A stretch of DNA of 64,000 nucleotides, taken from Candidatus Bathyarchaeota archaeon (GTDB lineage: Archaea > Thermoproteota > Bathyarchaeia > 40CM-2-53-6). Position 1 is the first letter of the stretch. Each line of letters opens with the position of its first letter. Below, in pieces: positions 8,070 to 18,313 of the stretch. The position numbers and the translations under genes are program-made. Under the pieces are notes generated by a model. That model did no database searches. It worked only from the letters and a program-made list of their open reading frames with translations, and was not told the origin of the DNA. The stretch spans positions 352,001-416,000 of the forward strand of contig CAVTBR010000001.1 in NCBI GenBank assembly GCA_963733055.1, written 5' to 3'.

Positions 8070-9035
8070 TTGCCCTCTCATGTGATTGAAGCGAATAGCC
8101 TTGTGAAGTACTATCGGAAGAAGAAGGAACCGGCTCTTGACAACTTGAATCTCGGGATAGATGAGGGCAAGATATTCACGCTTCTTGGAAGAAATGGAGC
8201 GGGAAAAACCACATTCCTTAGAATTGCCACTACTCAGTTGCTACCCACTTCTGGTTCTGTCACGGTCTTCGGACTTGATGTCACGAAAAATGCCAAAGAG
8301 ATACGCCGGAGGGTGGCCATTACTCCGCAGGAAGCCAAGCCTCTCTGGAGCTTGAACGCATACGACCATGTTTTACTCGCGTTGATGATGCGTGGCGAAA
8401 GCCTCGGAGAGGCTTCCGCAAAGGCGAAACGGGTGCTCGAGACAGTAGAGCTAGCTGAGTTCGAGAAGGTAAATTCCGAAGAGCTGTCAGGTGGGCTGAG
8501 GCAAAGAATATTGATTGCAATGACGATCGCCTGCAACGTCGACCTGATGTTCCTTGACGAACCCACAATCGGCCTTGACCCTGTTGGGAGGAGACGGGTA
8601 TGGAACGAATTGATACGACTAAAACGCGACGAAGGAAAGACCATAGTCCTCTCGACGCATTATATGGATGAGGCAGAATCACTTTCTGATGAGTTGGCGA
8701 TAATAGACCATGGTCATGTCCTCGCGCGAGGCACCCCAACTGAGGTGTGCGCGAAACATCTCAGTTCGAGGATCCGGGTCGACGTGGCGGCTGGTTTCAC
8801 AGATGATGAACTGAAATCTTATGGAAAGACGATCAAGGTCGGCAACCTCTCCAGACTTTTTGTCGACGAGAAGATGGCTGAAGAGGTTAGCAGGGAAGCG
8901 TTGAAGCGGAAAGCCACAATTTCAATCGCGCCCGTTACATTGGATGACGTTTTCGTAGAAATAGTAGGCGCGGGCATCGACGAGGAACAGAACGAGGAGA
9001 CAGAAATTCACACGAGAGGAGCATACGAAAGATGA
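8070..9035 (+). CDS. ABC-2 type exporter ATP-binding subunit (DrrA/CcmA-like)
   Basis: GRNGAGKTT, LSGGLRQR, LDEPT, STHYMDE; GAGGTGA precedes TTG at 8070. Confidence 0.92.
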   Translation: MPSHVIEANSLVKYYRKKKEPALDNLNLGIDEGKIFTLLGRNGAGKTTFLRIATTQLLPTSGSVTVFGLDVTKNAKEIRRRVAITPQEAKPLWSLNAYDHVLLALMMRGESLGEASAKAKRVLETVELAEFEKVNSEELSGGLRQRILIAMTIACNVDLMFLDEPTIGLDPVGRRRVWNELIRLKRDEGKTIVLSTHYMDEAESLSDELAIIDHGHVLARGTPTEVCAKHLSSRIRVDVAAGFTDDELKSYGKTIKVGNLSRLFVDEKMAEEVSREALKRKATISIAPVTLDDVFVEIVGAGIDEEQNEETEIHTRGAYER

Positions 9036-9796
9036 GCGAAACCATATCGCAAAGGGTTACGAAGGAATTCCGAACCATAGGGGCGCTCAGTTACTACCTG
9101 GGCATACTTCCTATGATCAGGATTCCAACACTGCTTCCTTTCGTTTTCTCAACACCATTCACAATACTCTTCATACTCTTCGTCACCGGCCATGGAGCAA
9201 CATTCCTTTATGGAATCGCGGGGGCGATAACCATGACAGTGTCCCAGCAGGGCCTCTTCCTCGGAGCGGATTTAACGAATTATAGAATCGAGCACAAATT
9301 TCAAGCAATGGTGGTGGCATCACCCGTATCATCTCTCATCTACATGTTCTCGGTCGCGATGTCAGAACTCGCGTTCGCTGCGCCCGCGCTCGTTATTCTG
9401 ATAGCAATTGTCCCGTTCTTTGCGGCTGCAATCTCTTCAGTAATGATCCTCGAGATACTTGCAGTGGTGTTTCTCACATGGATAACGACGAGTGCCATTG
9501 GTTTCTTCCTTTCGACTTACGTGCTTAACACTCGTACGGCATTTCTCACGGTCGCCTTCATCTCAATCGTGCTTTCAGTTCTACCGCCCGTCTTCTATCC
9601 GCTTCAAACAATACCAGGTCAGCTTAGGTGGCTCGCTGAACTCGTTCCAACTACACATTCCTCAGTTCTAATAGAAAACGCCGTAGGGCTACCATCCACT
9701 ACGCCGCAGGTGCTCCTGAGTTGGCTCGCCCTGCCTGTTTTTACAATTATCTTCCTCTCCCTAGCAATGTTCAAAGCCAAATGGACGGAGAACTAA
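9032..9796 (+). CDS. ABC-2 type exporter permease
   Basis: About 6 TM helices, PVFYP..P..L..LAE.VPTTH motif; ATGA overlap with the ATPase. Confidence 0.9.
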   Translation: MSETISQRVTKEFRTIGALSYYLGILPMIRIPTLLPFVFSTPFTILFILFVTGHGATFLYGIAGAITMTVSQQGLFLGADLTNYRIEHKFQAMVVASPVSSLIYMFSVAMSELAFAAPALVILIAIVPFFAAAISSVMILEILAVVFLTWITTSAIGFFLSTYVLNTRTAFLTVAFISIVLSVLPPVFYPLQTIPGQLRWLAELVPTTHSSVLIENAVGLPSTTPQVLLSWLALPVFTIIFLSLAMFKAKWTEN

Positions 9797-9905
9797 AGCA
9801 GCATACCCCGAGGAATCAACGCCGAATTCAAATCCTAAGAGAGTATAAGCCCTGACGAAAGAAACAGCAAACGATGCCGTTCGAGAATTCTGAGGGTTGA
9901 GAGAT

Positions 9906-10709
9906 ATGGTCGACGACGAAAAAGAAGTGAAACTTCTCGAGTCACTGGGCCTAGCGGCTGCTGAGTCAAAGGTGTACTTGAAATTGCTCTCACAACCCGG
10001 CGGCGAGATGGTGGAGAAGGTAGTGACCGCGTTTGGTATACCTGCGCCCATTGCTGAAGATGCGCTGAAGAGCCTCACAGACAAAGGCCTCGTCAAGATC
10101 TCCAGCAACAGAGTTGAGGTCGTACAACCGCGCCTAGTCCTGCGGAAGATACTCGATCAAAGAAAGAAAACAATGGAAGATCAGATCTCTCACGAAGCAT
10201 CGATTGCACTCGATCTTGAAAAGCTGCTAGAACCCACGTATTGGGAGAACAGGCTTGGAATAAGGCCGGAAGAGATCATCGAACCTCTGCGAGACCTACC
10301 GGACATGGAGCTTCGGACAGCACAAATCCTGAGTAATGCTACTCGGGAGGTATCAATTTTCGCAGAAACCTTCGGTTGGTACGAAAAAGTCCGAGAGTCC
10401 ATCTTCCACGCCCATGATCGCCGCGTCAGCATGAAAGTCCTGATGATGGTGAAAGACTCTTCAACTGAGTTACGGGCGAAAGAATTGCGAGGCCTCGGGA
10501 TACAAGTTCGTCACTGTGCCGAAGAATGGTACCCCGTTAGGGGAACCCTAGTGGACGACCAAGAACTCGTTTTCGTAGTCTGGGCCACAAAGAAAAGTGA
10601 CGTCCCCCGTCCTATCTACTTCCGTCCGAACTACACAAAGAATCAGGGCCTCATCAGAATCTTCCGAGACGCCTTTCAAAAAAGATGGGAAGAAGCGCAG
10701 CCAATCTGA
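9906..10709 (+). CDS. TrmB-family transcriptional regulator
   Basis: LESLGLAAAESKVYLKLL wHTH plus C-terminal effector-binding domain. Confidence 0.85.
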   Translation: MVDDEKEVKLLESLGLAAAESKVYLKLLSQPGGEMVEKVVTAFGIPAPIAEDALKSLTDKGLVKISSNRVEVVQPRLVLRKILDQRKKTMEDQISHEASIALDLEKLLEPTYWENRLGIRPEEIIEPLRDLPDMELRTAQILSNATREVSIFAETFGWYEKVRESIFHAHDRRVSMKVLMMVKDSSTELRAKELRGLGIQVRHCAEEWYPVRGTLVDDQELVFVVWATKKSDVPRPIYFRPNYTKNQGLIRIFRDAFQKRWEEAQPI

Positions 10710-10710
10710 A

Positions 10711-11169
10711 TTACAGAGTCACCGCGCACGATCGCGGCTTACCGAACTGGAAGTAGATAGACTCCAACAGACGGATCAAGTATTGGCCATTAGCGCCGTA
10801 CTTTGGTCCAAGTAGGTGACCGTTACATTTACAATCGCTTGCTCCGATTTTCAACAAGACGGGAGAAATATCCAATTCCTTTGAGATTGATCGATTGACT
10901 CTACACTCTAGATGGTCATCAGAGATAACGTATACGGCACCTGTGACGTTGCAATCGGCTTGTGAGGTGAGGTAATCTACATGCCACTTCAGTCTCTTTT
11001 GGTGCCTCATGTGTCTCTCAAGCCTCCCCTCGAGCGAAACGGCGCCGCGTCCCAACGCTGACCCTGTATAGAGATAGTGCCCCTTCCGCAATTTGGCCTG
11101 TCCCAGTTTACCGAACGTTGTAACGCCTGTGTGTTTGCAGCGTACGACGATTGTGTAGGTTCCCTTCAT
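10711..11169 (-). CDS. DUF123 / GIY-YIG (Uri) family endonuclease-like protein
   Basis: KGTY..YLYTGSA..RH..KWHVDYL..GASDCKCNGHL. Confidence 0.85.
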   Translation of the reverse strand: MKGTYTIVVRCKHTGVTTFGKLGQAKLRKGHYLYTGSALGRGAVSLEGRLERHMRHQKRLKWHVDYLTSQADCNVTGAVYVISDDHLECRVNRSISKELDISPVLLKIGASDCKCNGHLLGPKYGANGQYLIRLLESIYFQFGKPRSCAVTL

Positions 11170-11241
11170 TAGCGAATCTTCCTCCGAAGTGCAAATAGGC
11201 AGAAGTATAATCTTGGTCGAAGATAACGGTCATGGACTAAT

Positions 11242-12333
11242 TTGAAGGCATTAGTGCTTGCGGGAGGATACGCGACACGGCTCCGACCGATAAGTTACGC
11301 GTTACCAAAACTGCTCTTTCCCGTGTTTGGCAAGCCAATGATCTACTGGAGTTTAGATCTACTGAAGAGCGTTGGAACAGAGGAAGTGATACTTGGAGTG
11401 AATTATTTGGCGGAGACCCTCCAACGCCAAATCGGGTCGGAATACAGAGGAATGAACATAAAATATTCACTCGAGACCGAACCGCTAGGGACGGCTGGGC
11501 CGATCAAACTCGCCTCAACCAACACGACAATCGATGAGACATTCATCGCGATGAATGGGGACGTAATCGCCCAGATCAACCTTCAAGAGATGCTGAAACA
11601 GCACAAGGAGACGAAAGCGCTAATTACAGATGCGCTCCACGAAGTGAAAGATCCGAGTAGGTTCGGAGTTGTTCAACTGGACGCGGGTCACCTAATCCGG
11701 CGCTTCGTCGAGAAACCAAAACAGACAGACGCACCTAGCCATCTTGTTAACGCCGGAATCTACGTTATCGAGCCAGACGTGTTGCAAATGATAGCTCCCC
11801 AGCGGAGGGTTTCTCTTGAAAGGGAGATATTTCCAACGATTGCCAAAGAGGGAAAGCTCAGCGGGTTCACTTTTTCTGGACACTGGTTTGACATAGGCAA
11901 CCTGATTGATTTCCGCAAGGCTAACCTTGCAATGCTCCTGAACTCCGGACCCACTTCCGCAGAGACGACGAGACGCGCTGACCAAGAAGCGATAATTGGA
12001 AAATCGGTATTCATAGGAGAAAACTCAAGAGTGAGCGGCGGGGCCTCCGTCGGACCCAGAGTCTTATTCGGCAACAACGGTTCGATCGCAAGAGGTGCTA
12101 GAGTCTCGGAATCAATAATATTTGACAGAGTCACGATCGGGGAACGCTCAGTAGTATCCGGGGCAATCCTGGCAAACGACGTTAACGTGGGTAAACGTGC
12201 TAGGATTGGACCGAGATGCGTCATATCGCCTAGCGTAAAGATTGCAGACGGCGTGAAAATTGGGCCGGGGGCAATAATTCATCCTTACAAGGAGATCAAC
12301 AGTAACGTCAGAGCATCTGCCCATGTGATGTGA
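11242..12333 (+). CDS. Sugar-phosphate nucleotidyltransferase (mannose-1-P guanylyltransferase-like) with left-handed beta-helix tail
   Basis: LAGGYATRLRP..PK, EPLGTAG, NGD, FVEKP, WFDIG, hexapeptide repeats. Confidence 0.9.
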   Translation: MKALVLAGGYATRLRPISYALPKLLFPVFGKPMIYWSLDLLKSVGTEEVILGVNYLAETLQRQIGSEYRGMNIKYSLETEPLGTAGPIKLASTNTTIDETFIAMNGDVIAQINLQEMLKQHKETKALITDALHEVKDPSRFGVVQLDAGHLIRRFVEKPKQTDAPSHLVNAGIYVIEPDVLQMIAPQRRVSLEREIFPTIAKEGKLSGFTFSGHWFDIGNLIDFRKANLAMLLNSGPTSAETTRRADQEAIIGKSVFIGENSRVSGGASVGPRVLFGNNGSIARGARVSESIIFDRVTIGERSVVSGAILANDVNVGKRARIGPRCVISPSVKIADGVKIGPGAIIHPYKEINSNVRASAHVM

Positions 12334-12339
12334 CCTGCA

Positions 12340-13719
12340 ATGTCAGAGGGAAGAAAACTCTTCGGGACAAATGGTGTTCGGGGCGTAGTCAACAAGGAAA
12401 TGAGCTGTGAACTTGCCTTGAAATTGGCACAATCCACTGGAACCTACTTCCGCGGAGCGGATCTGACGGTGGGTTGTGATGGCCGCGTCTCAAGCCCCCT
12501 CTTCTTAGAGATTGTCTGTTCCGGGCTTGCGAGCGTGGGATGTCAGGTTTGGAATCTAGGTATGATAACCACGCCCGGTTTGCAGTTCTTGACGAAAGAT
12601 TGGGGCTTGAAAGGCGGAATCATGATCACGGCTAGCCACAACCCACCTGAATACAATGGCATGAAAGTCATGGGAAACCATGGAGTAGAACTTCCTCACG
12701 AAGAGGAATTGAAGATTGAGAAGATCTACTTCAATTCAAAACTCAACTTAGCGGCTTGGAACCGGATCAAACCACCTTTACCAGTCTCTGAAAAATTCTC
12801 AGGCTATGTCAAATCCATCCTCGAAAATGTCGGTCCAGTGCCGCGAGAAGCGGGGCTGAAGATAGTTGTTGACACAGCAAACGCGGTCAGCGTCCTCTCG
12901 ACCCCTACAATTATCGAAAAATTAGGCGGCCAAGTTTCCCTTGTCAATGGCACTATCGACGGAACGTTTCCCGGCAGACTGCCCGAACCGACACCCGAAC
13001 ACCTCCGCGAGACATCACGAATCGTGCCGAGCCTGCACGCAGATTTTGGTGTGGCACACGACGGAGATGGAGACAGAGCTGTGTTTCTGGATGAGCATGG
13101 AACTGTATGCTGGGGAGACCATACCTTCGCGTTGATAGTCGAAGATTTCCTGCAGAATTATCCCGGCCAGAAAATTGTCACTCCCATAAGTTCCTCTCAG
13201 ATGATCGAGGAAATTGCGGAGAAGTATGGCGGAGAAGTTGTGTATACTCCCGTTGGAAGCGTTTATGTTTCAAACTTGATGCTGAAGATTAACGCGAAGC
13301 TCGGAGGCGAGGAAAACGGCGGCATCTTCTATTCTCCTCACGTCGCAGCACGCGACGGAGGCATAACCACAGCGTGGATCTACAAAATACTTGCCGAGGC
13401 TAGGAAACCACTATCGAAATTGATTTCCAAGCTCCCAAAGTCATACATCGTCAAGGACAAAATCCCTTGTCCCAATTCCATAAAGGAAGGGGTCATGGAA
13501 GCAGTTCGAAACCTTCCACGTAAAGGCAAAGTGTTGGACATCGACGGCATCAAAGTTTGGATACCCCCACGATCTTGGATACTGATACGACCCAGCGGGA
13601 CTGAACCAATCTTCAGAATATTAGCGGAAGCTCCAACGAAAGGACAAGCGCTTCGGATCGTAAATGACTACAAGCTCAAAGTGTCAGGCATCATCAAGAG
13701 ATGCGGAAGAAATGCTTGA
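12340..13719 (+). CDS. Phosphohexomutase (phosphoglucosamine mutase / PMM-PGM family)
   Basis: FGTNGVRG, TASHNP, DGDGDR, GEENGG, RPSGTEP. Confidence 0.93.
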   Translation: MSEGRKLFGTNGVRGVVNKEMSCELALKLAQSTGTYFRGADLTVGCDGRVSSPLFLEIVCSGLASVGCQVWNLGMITTPGLQFLTKDWGLKGGIMITASHNPPEYNGMKVMGNHGVELPHEEELKIEKIYFNSKLNLAAWNRIKPPLPVSEKFSGYVKSILENVGPVPREAGLKIVVDTANAVSVLSTPTIIEKLGGQVSLVNGTIDGTFPGRLPEPTPEHLRETSRIVPSLHADFGVAHDGDGDRAVFLDEHGTVCWGDHTFALIVEDFLQNYPGQKIVTPISSSQMIEEIAEKYGGEVVYTPVGSVYVSNLMLKINAKLGGEENGGIFYSPHVAARDGGITTAWIYKILAEARKPLSKLISKLPKSYIVKDKIPCPNSIKEGVMEAVRNLPRKGKVLDIDGIKVWIPPRSWILIRPSGTEPIFRILAEAPTKGQALRIVNDYKLKVSGIIKRCGRNA

Positions 13720-14716
13720 CGTTCTGCAAGTCGCGACCATCGGTTTCGTGTCCATTGTCTCATTCATCGTCACCTTCGCGACAACGCCGATTGTAGCCAA
13801 AGCAATGAGAGCTCGCGGAATCACGGGTGAAGATGTTCACAAACTGAAGAAGATTGAAGTGCCCGAGATGTGCGGCCTCGCAATAATTATCGGGTTAGTC
13901 GCGGGCGTACTAGCCTCCATTCTTATGTTTCCTGCGGCAACTCGAATCTTTATCGCGTTCATTGGAACGGTGCTGGTGGCAGGAGCGATTGGGGTTTTTG
14001 ACGACCTACGCCCGCTAGGAGCGAGATCCAAGCCGGTACTCACTGCCTTAGCCGGGTTACCAATTATTGCCCTTGGAGCGTACGCTCCGTTTGTTGAGAT
14101 TCCGCTAGTCGGAATGGTCAGGCTCACCATCGTATACCCGCTTCTCATACCAATCGCTATCGCAGTCACCGCCAATTCGATCAACATGATGGACGTAATG
14201 AATGGCGCAATGCCGGGTACGGTCGCCATAATCGCAGCAACCGCTGCCGGGATTCTTCTCTTCTCAGGCAATGTTCAAGGCGGATCTCTTGCGGCCATTC
14301 TATTCGCAGCCATGCTCGCGTTCTTTTACTTCAACAGATTCCCGTCGCGAGTGTTCAGCGGGGACACCGGAAGCCTGTCCGTTGGCGCAGCACTAGGGGC
14401 CCTAGCGATTATAGGAAGGTTGGAAGCTGTAATTATCGTCGCCCTAATCCCCCACATCATGAACTCATTCTATGGGCTCGCGTCGGTACGAGGTTTACGT
14501 GAAAGGCGGGAGATTCTTCAAAGACCCACGAAGCTCCTGGATAATGGATTGTTGCAGGCGAGTACCGAGAAAGGCGCCCCTGTTACTCTCACACGCCTAA
14601 TCCTTGCTTCTGGGCCGTTAGGGGAAAGGCAAATCGTTCGATCAATGATGATTCTAACCGTGGTCTCATCTATACTCGCAATGCTGACCTACTGGATAAC
14701 GGTGGCCGTCAAATGA
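13712..14716 (+). CDS. Polyprenyl-phosphate HexNAc-1-phosphate transferase (GT4/MraY-WecA-AglH family)
   Basis: Multi-TM; VPEMCG, GVFDD, NSINMMDVMNG, FSGDTGS. Confidence 0.88.
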   Translation: MLDVLQVATIGFVSIVSFIVTFATTPIVAKAMRARGITGEDVHKLKKIEVPEMCGLAIIIGLVAGVLASILMFPAATRIFIAFIGTVLVAGAIGVFDDLRPLGARSKPVLTALAGLPIIALGAYAPFVEIPLVGMVRLTIVYPLLIPIAIAVTANSINMMDVMNGAMPGTVAIIAATAAGILLFSGNVQGGSLAAILFAAMLAFFYFNRFPSRVFSGDTGSLSVGAALGALAIIGRLEAVIIVALIPHIMNSFYGLASVRGLRERREILQRPTKLLDNGLLQASTEKGAPVTLTRLILASGPLGERQIVRSMMILTVVSSILAMLTYWITVAVK

Positions 14717-14964
14717 AGCGACTATTACCCTTAGCGGCAATAGAGATCTTCGTGTGGCTCTTCCTACTGGGGAGCACATACCTAATCTCGAAAGGGACAT
14801 TTGCCATCAACCTTGGAACAGCTACTTTGGTTGAGAGCGTGGCGACACAGACAGCCAGAGTCGTTGCGTCAGGCGGCGTTGTTCTTATCTGGTTACTTGG
14901 ATGGAAGAAGGTCACTGATTGGTATCTAGTTAGAACGCTTTCAAGGAAACGGGCTAACGTTTGA
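14713..14964 (+). CDS. Small 2-TM membrane protein
   Basis: ATGA overlap with the GT4 gene; two hydrophobic segments. Confidence 0.6.
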   Translation: MKRLLPLAAIEIFVWLFLLGSTYLISKGTFAINLGTATLVESVATQTARVVASGGVVLIWLLGWKKVTDWYLVRTLSRKRANV

Positions 14965-16021
14965 AGATTCTCTGAACTATTATCTGCAAAGGATCATCCA
15001 TGCTGCGAAGAAGCTTCGTTGATTTTTTCTGGTAGAATTCACGGAAATCAGTGCTCTTGCAGATTGCACTTGTGCGCTGGGCAATACGTCCTGGGTCAAG
15101 AATTCTCTCGACCAACCCGTGATTAATGAGGAACCTTTCGACGAAGGTTGCGTCTCCAGGATAGTATGAGATCACGGGGACGCCAAGCAAGGCTGCTTCG
15201 GCGGTCATTGTTCCACCGCCCCCGAGAAAAACTGAGGAGACACGGAGAAGAGAGATCGCGTCGACAACATGTTCGGGGACGATTACGCGGTTCCCGAATT
15301 TCTTTGTGAGCCGTTCACTTTGCATATCATATCGAGGAAGGATTACGATCTGTGAGGTGTCACCGTTCACTTCGATGATCTTTCCAATTGTCTCCGTAAC
15401 TTTACTTGCGATCGATGAGTGCCGACTTGAAAGGTATGAAGCGTACTCTTCGGGAGTCCTAATGACGATGATTGTCTTCGAAAAATCGAGCTTCAGCGAA
15501 TCTATGGCACGCATGCTACTCTTGTATTTCGAAATCCACGCTACAGGGTCCAAGGCTCGATATCTTATCACGTCTCTCGGTTTGATCCCGTAACGCGTCC
15601 ATGTGCGAATGGGGATAATCCATGGGGTAAACAATTTCTCAGACAGGGGGATTACAAGGCGGCTGACTGCGTCGGCATGTGGTGAGTCGCTGATGCAATA
15701 ATGCGGTATTCCAAGCCCAAACGCAACCCGCGCTGCTTCAGGCGATGAAAATGAAATCGCAACATCGATGCTCTGATCGTCTAAGACCTTGGCGAGTTCA
15801 GATACGCGGTTTGAACTTTCGACGAGTTTATTTTTGAGTTTTTCACCGCCGTGACGCCCAACCGGGGTAGCTTTCAGTCCCCTTAGTTGCAGGAGTTCGG
15901 TGACCTCTCGATATTCACGGGTTGTCAAGAGAATCTTGAAACCCTTAGCCTCAAGCCTGCTCTGAAGCTCCCCTAGGAAGTTTGCTTGTTTGGGTGTAAG
16001 AACGTCCAGCCAGACTTTCAT
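14954..16021 (-). CDS. DUF354 family GT-B fold protein
   Basis: MKVWLDVLTPKQ, SPEAARVAFGLG, GGGGTMTAEAALLGVP. Confidence 0.85.
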   Translation of the reverse strand: MKVWLDVLTPKQANFLGELQSRLEAKGFKILLTTREYREVTELLQLRGLKATPVGRHGGEKLKNKLVESSNRVSELAKVLDDQSIDVAISFSSPEAARVAFGLGIPHYCISDSPHADAVSRLVIPLSEKLFTPWIIPIRTWTRYGIKPRDVIRYRALDPVAWISKYKSSMRAIDSLKLDFSKTIIVIRTPEEYASYLSSRHSSIASKVTETIGKIIEVNGDTSQIVILPRYDMQSERLTKKFGNRVIVPEHVVDAISLLRVSSVFLGGGGTMTAEAALLGVPVISYYPGDATFVERFLINHGLVERILDPGRIAQRTSAICKSTDFREFYQKKSTKLLRSMDDPLQIIVQRIFKR

Positions 16022-16851
16022 TTGGTCTTTAACCCCCTTGTAAAATCACCAGACGCACTAGTCCATCTCAGGAGGAAAGACTCACGAAATATTCGGATGA
16101 ATCCGGGGTTTTTCGTGTGGTTGGGTGTGTAAACGATAGGGTTCCAGTGGCGTTCTGCCTCCTCGGCTGCCCAAATCAAAAAGACGAGATCCCTGTTATC
16201 GACCAACGTTCCTCTAACCGGGTGCCATGGATCAGGAGAATTTCTGAATTCAATCCCAATGCTGGACAACTCGTCCACTTGCTTTCCTACGGGGCTGTCT
16301 TCAAACTGCATTAGGATCTTGACTTTGACTCCTCTTTTCACGGCGCGTCTCAGCTGAACCTTAATCTTTGGCAACCATGAGAACAACGCCGTAGAAATCA
16401 ACACCTCGTTACCGGCTTTGTCAAGGTAATTATTCGTTCTATTTTCCATTGTTCGGAGATCCGCGAGCGGTTCGAGTAGTTCCTCAGCTTTCACTTGTAG
16501 GTGGCTTTCTACGTAGATTGGTTCCACCTGTCTTTGCAGATGCCTGAGGGTTTCATCGATCGCACCAAGCTCCGTTTCGAAGTTGTGCCGTAGATGTGTT
16601 ACGTATTCGCGCTTTGCCTGTTCAGGCGAGACCGCATGATATCTCTTCGGCCTTCCTTGAACAATTTTCGCGAACCCTTTCTGCATTAACTGCTCGAGAG
16701 TACCGTACACTCGTGTTATTGGAACCGACGTGCTTCTGGAGATCTCCTCCGCGGTCATCATTCTCTTGGAGAGCAAAGCGACGTAAGCCTCCGATTCATA
16801 GGTGGTGAGCCCTACCTGCCGGAGGTACTCCATAAGTCGAGATGATGACAT
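16018..16851 (-). CDS. TrmB-family transcriptional regulator (paralogue of 9906-10709)
   Basis: GLTTYESEAYVALL..VPITRVYGTLEQLMQKG; start placed at MSSSRL. Confidence 0.88.
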   Translation of the reverse strand: MSSSRLMEYLRQVGLTTYESEAYVALLSKRMMTAEEISRSTSVPITRVYGTLEQLMQKGFAKIVQGRPKRYHAVSPEQAKREYVTHLRHNFETELGAIDETLRHLQRQVEPIYVESHLQVKAEELLEPLADLRTMENRTNNYLDKAGNEVLISTALFSWLPKIKVQLRRAVKRGVKVKILMQFEDSPVGKQVDELSSIGIEFRNSPDPWHPVRGTLVDNRDLVFLIWAAEEAERHWNPIVYTPNHTKNPGFIRIFRESFLLRWTSASGDFTRGLKTK

Positions 16852-16852
16852 A

Positions 16853-16884
16853 TTAACTCCTATAGAGTTAAAAACAGTTAAATA
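16853..16884. promoter_or_regulatory. Palindrome TTAACTC-N5-GAGTTAA next to overlapping divergent TATA boxes
   Basis: Perfect 7-bp inverted repeat at 16853-16871, immediately upstream of the trmB ATG; TTAAATA at 16878. Confidence 0.6.
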
Positions 16885-16915
16885 TTTCCCTAGACGTCGT
16901 ACAAAAGATATTTCG

Positions 16916-18313
16916 ATGTCTTCTACAACTTCGCAAGGTCCACTCTCACTGGAACCCGGTGAGATAGCAGTCAGAATCCGTGACGGCGAACTCACAATCG
17001 GAGTGGTAGGCTTAGGTTGGATGGGCTTACCGACCGCATGCCTCTATGCTGAAGCTGGGGCGCGAGTCATTGCGGCTGACATGAATCCGAAGGTTGTCGA
17101 AAGGGTCTCCAAGGGGGACCCTCCGATCGATGAACCCGGCCTCCCCGCTATGTTGAAGAAAGCAATTAGGTCCAACAAGTTTTCGGCTACGACAAACACC
17201 GAGGAGGCAGCTTCCAAATCTGACATAATCTTCATCGTCGTTCCGACTATGATTGATAGGCAGAAGAGAGCCGACTATTCTGCGGTAGAAGATGCATGCG
17301 TAAGTATTGGCAAAGGTTTGAAGAACGGTAGCCTAGTTATTTTCCAAAGTACCTGTGGGCCGGGGGTCACCGAGCGTGTTGTGAAGGGAACGCTCGAGAA
17401 GTATTCGGGCCTCACCGCGGGGCAAGGGTTTGGATTAGTTTACAGTCCGATTCGAGCGATGGGCGGTAGAGCCCTTCAGGATATGCAAACCTACAGCAAA
17501 ATCGTGGGGGCGGTTGATATGAGAAGCCTTGAGGCTGGGTGCGCGGTGATTTCAGTTATCGTAAAAGGAGAACTTTTGCGTGTTCGGGACATTAGGACCG
17601 CTGAACTCTCCAAGCTCTTCGAAACGATATATCGGGACGTGAATATTGCGCTCGCCAACGAATTTGCGTTGCTCTGCGAAGAGGTAGGCGTTGACTACTC
17701 TGAAACTAGGAGAGCAGCTAACAGTCAACCATACTCCCACCTTCACTCCACAGGCGTCGGCGTTGGCGGCCATTGTTTACCCGTCTACCCATACCTCTTG
17801 CAAAGTGAAACGTACACGCTCGATGCGAAACTTAGACTCGTTCTCGATGGAAGAAAGATCAACGATCTAATGCCCCGACACGTAGTCAAGTTAGCTTCGG
17901 ATGGAATACGCGTTTGCGGGAGGTCGATTAAGAGGGCTAAGGTTGTAGTGCTGGGTATCAGTTACCGCCCTAACGTGAAAGAGACGCGCTTCTCGCCTTC
18001 GCTCGATCTAATTGCTACCTTGAAGAAACGTGGGGCCCGAGTTGTTGTATTTGACCCCTTGTTCACTGCCTCAGAGATGGAATCTTATGGCTTGACCTCG
18101 GAACCAACTCTGCGTAAGGCGGTTGAGAAGGCAGATTGTGTGATCGTTACCGTGGCGCATGACGAATTCAAGAAGATGGACACCATCGAACTTGCAGCGC
18201 ACATGTCGAAGAAGGGATTGATTGTGGACTGCACCGGGTTTCTTGATCCTGCGAGCGTGGAGAAGAGTGGCCTGGTTTATCGTGGGGTTGGCAGGGGGCT
18301 GTGGACGCGATGA
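16916..18313 (+). CDS. UDP-N-acetylhexosamine 6-dehydrogenase (WecC/WbpA family)
   Basis: GLGWMG, KLFETIYRDVNIALANE, GVGGHCLP, RFSPS. Confidence 0.9.
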   Translation: MSSTTSQGPLSLEPGEIAVRIRDGELTIGVVGLGWMGLPTACLYAEAGARVIAADMNPKVVERVSKGDPPIDEPGLPAMLKKAIRSNKFSATTNTEEAASKSDIIFIVVPTMIDRQKRADYSAVEDACVSIGKGLKNGSLVIFQSTCGPGVTERVVKGTLEKYSGLTAGQGFGLVYSPIRAMGGRALQDMQTYSKIVGAVDMRSLEAGCAVISVIVKGELLRVRDIRTAELSKLFETIYRDVNIALANEFALLCEEVGVDYSETRRAANSQPYSHLHSTGVGVGGHCLPVYPYLLQSETYTLDAKLRLVLDGRKINDLMPRHVVKLASDGIRVCGRSIKRAKVVVLGISYRPNVKETRFSPSLDLIATLKKRGARVVVFDPLFTASEMESYGLTSEPTLRKAVEKADCVIVTVAHDEFKKMDTIELAAHMSKKGLIVDCTGFLDPASVEKSGLVYRGVGRGLWTR

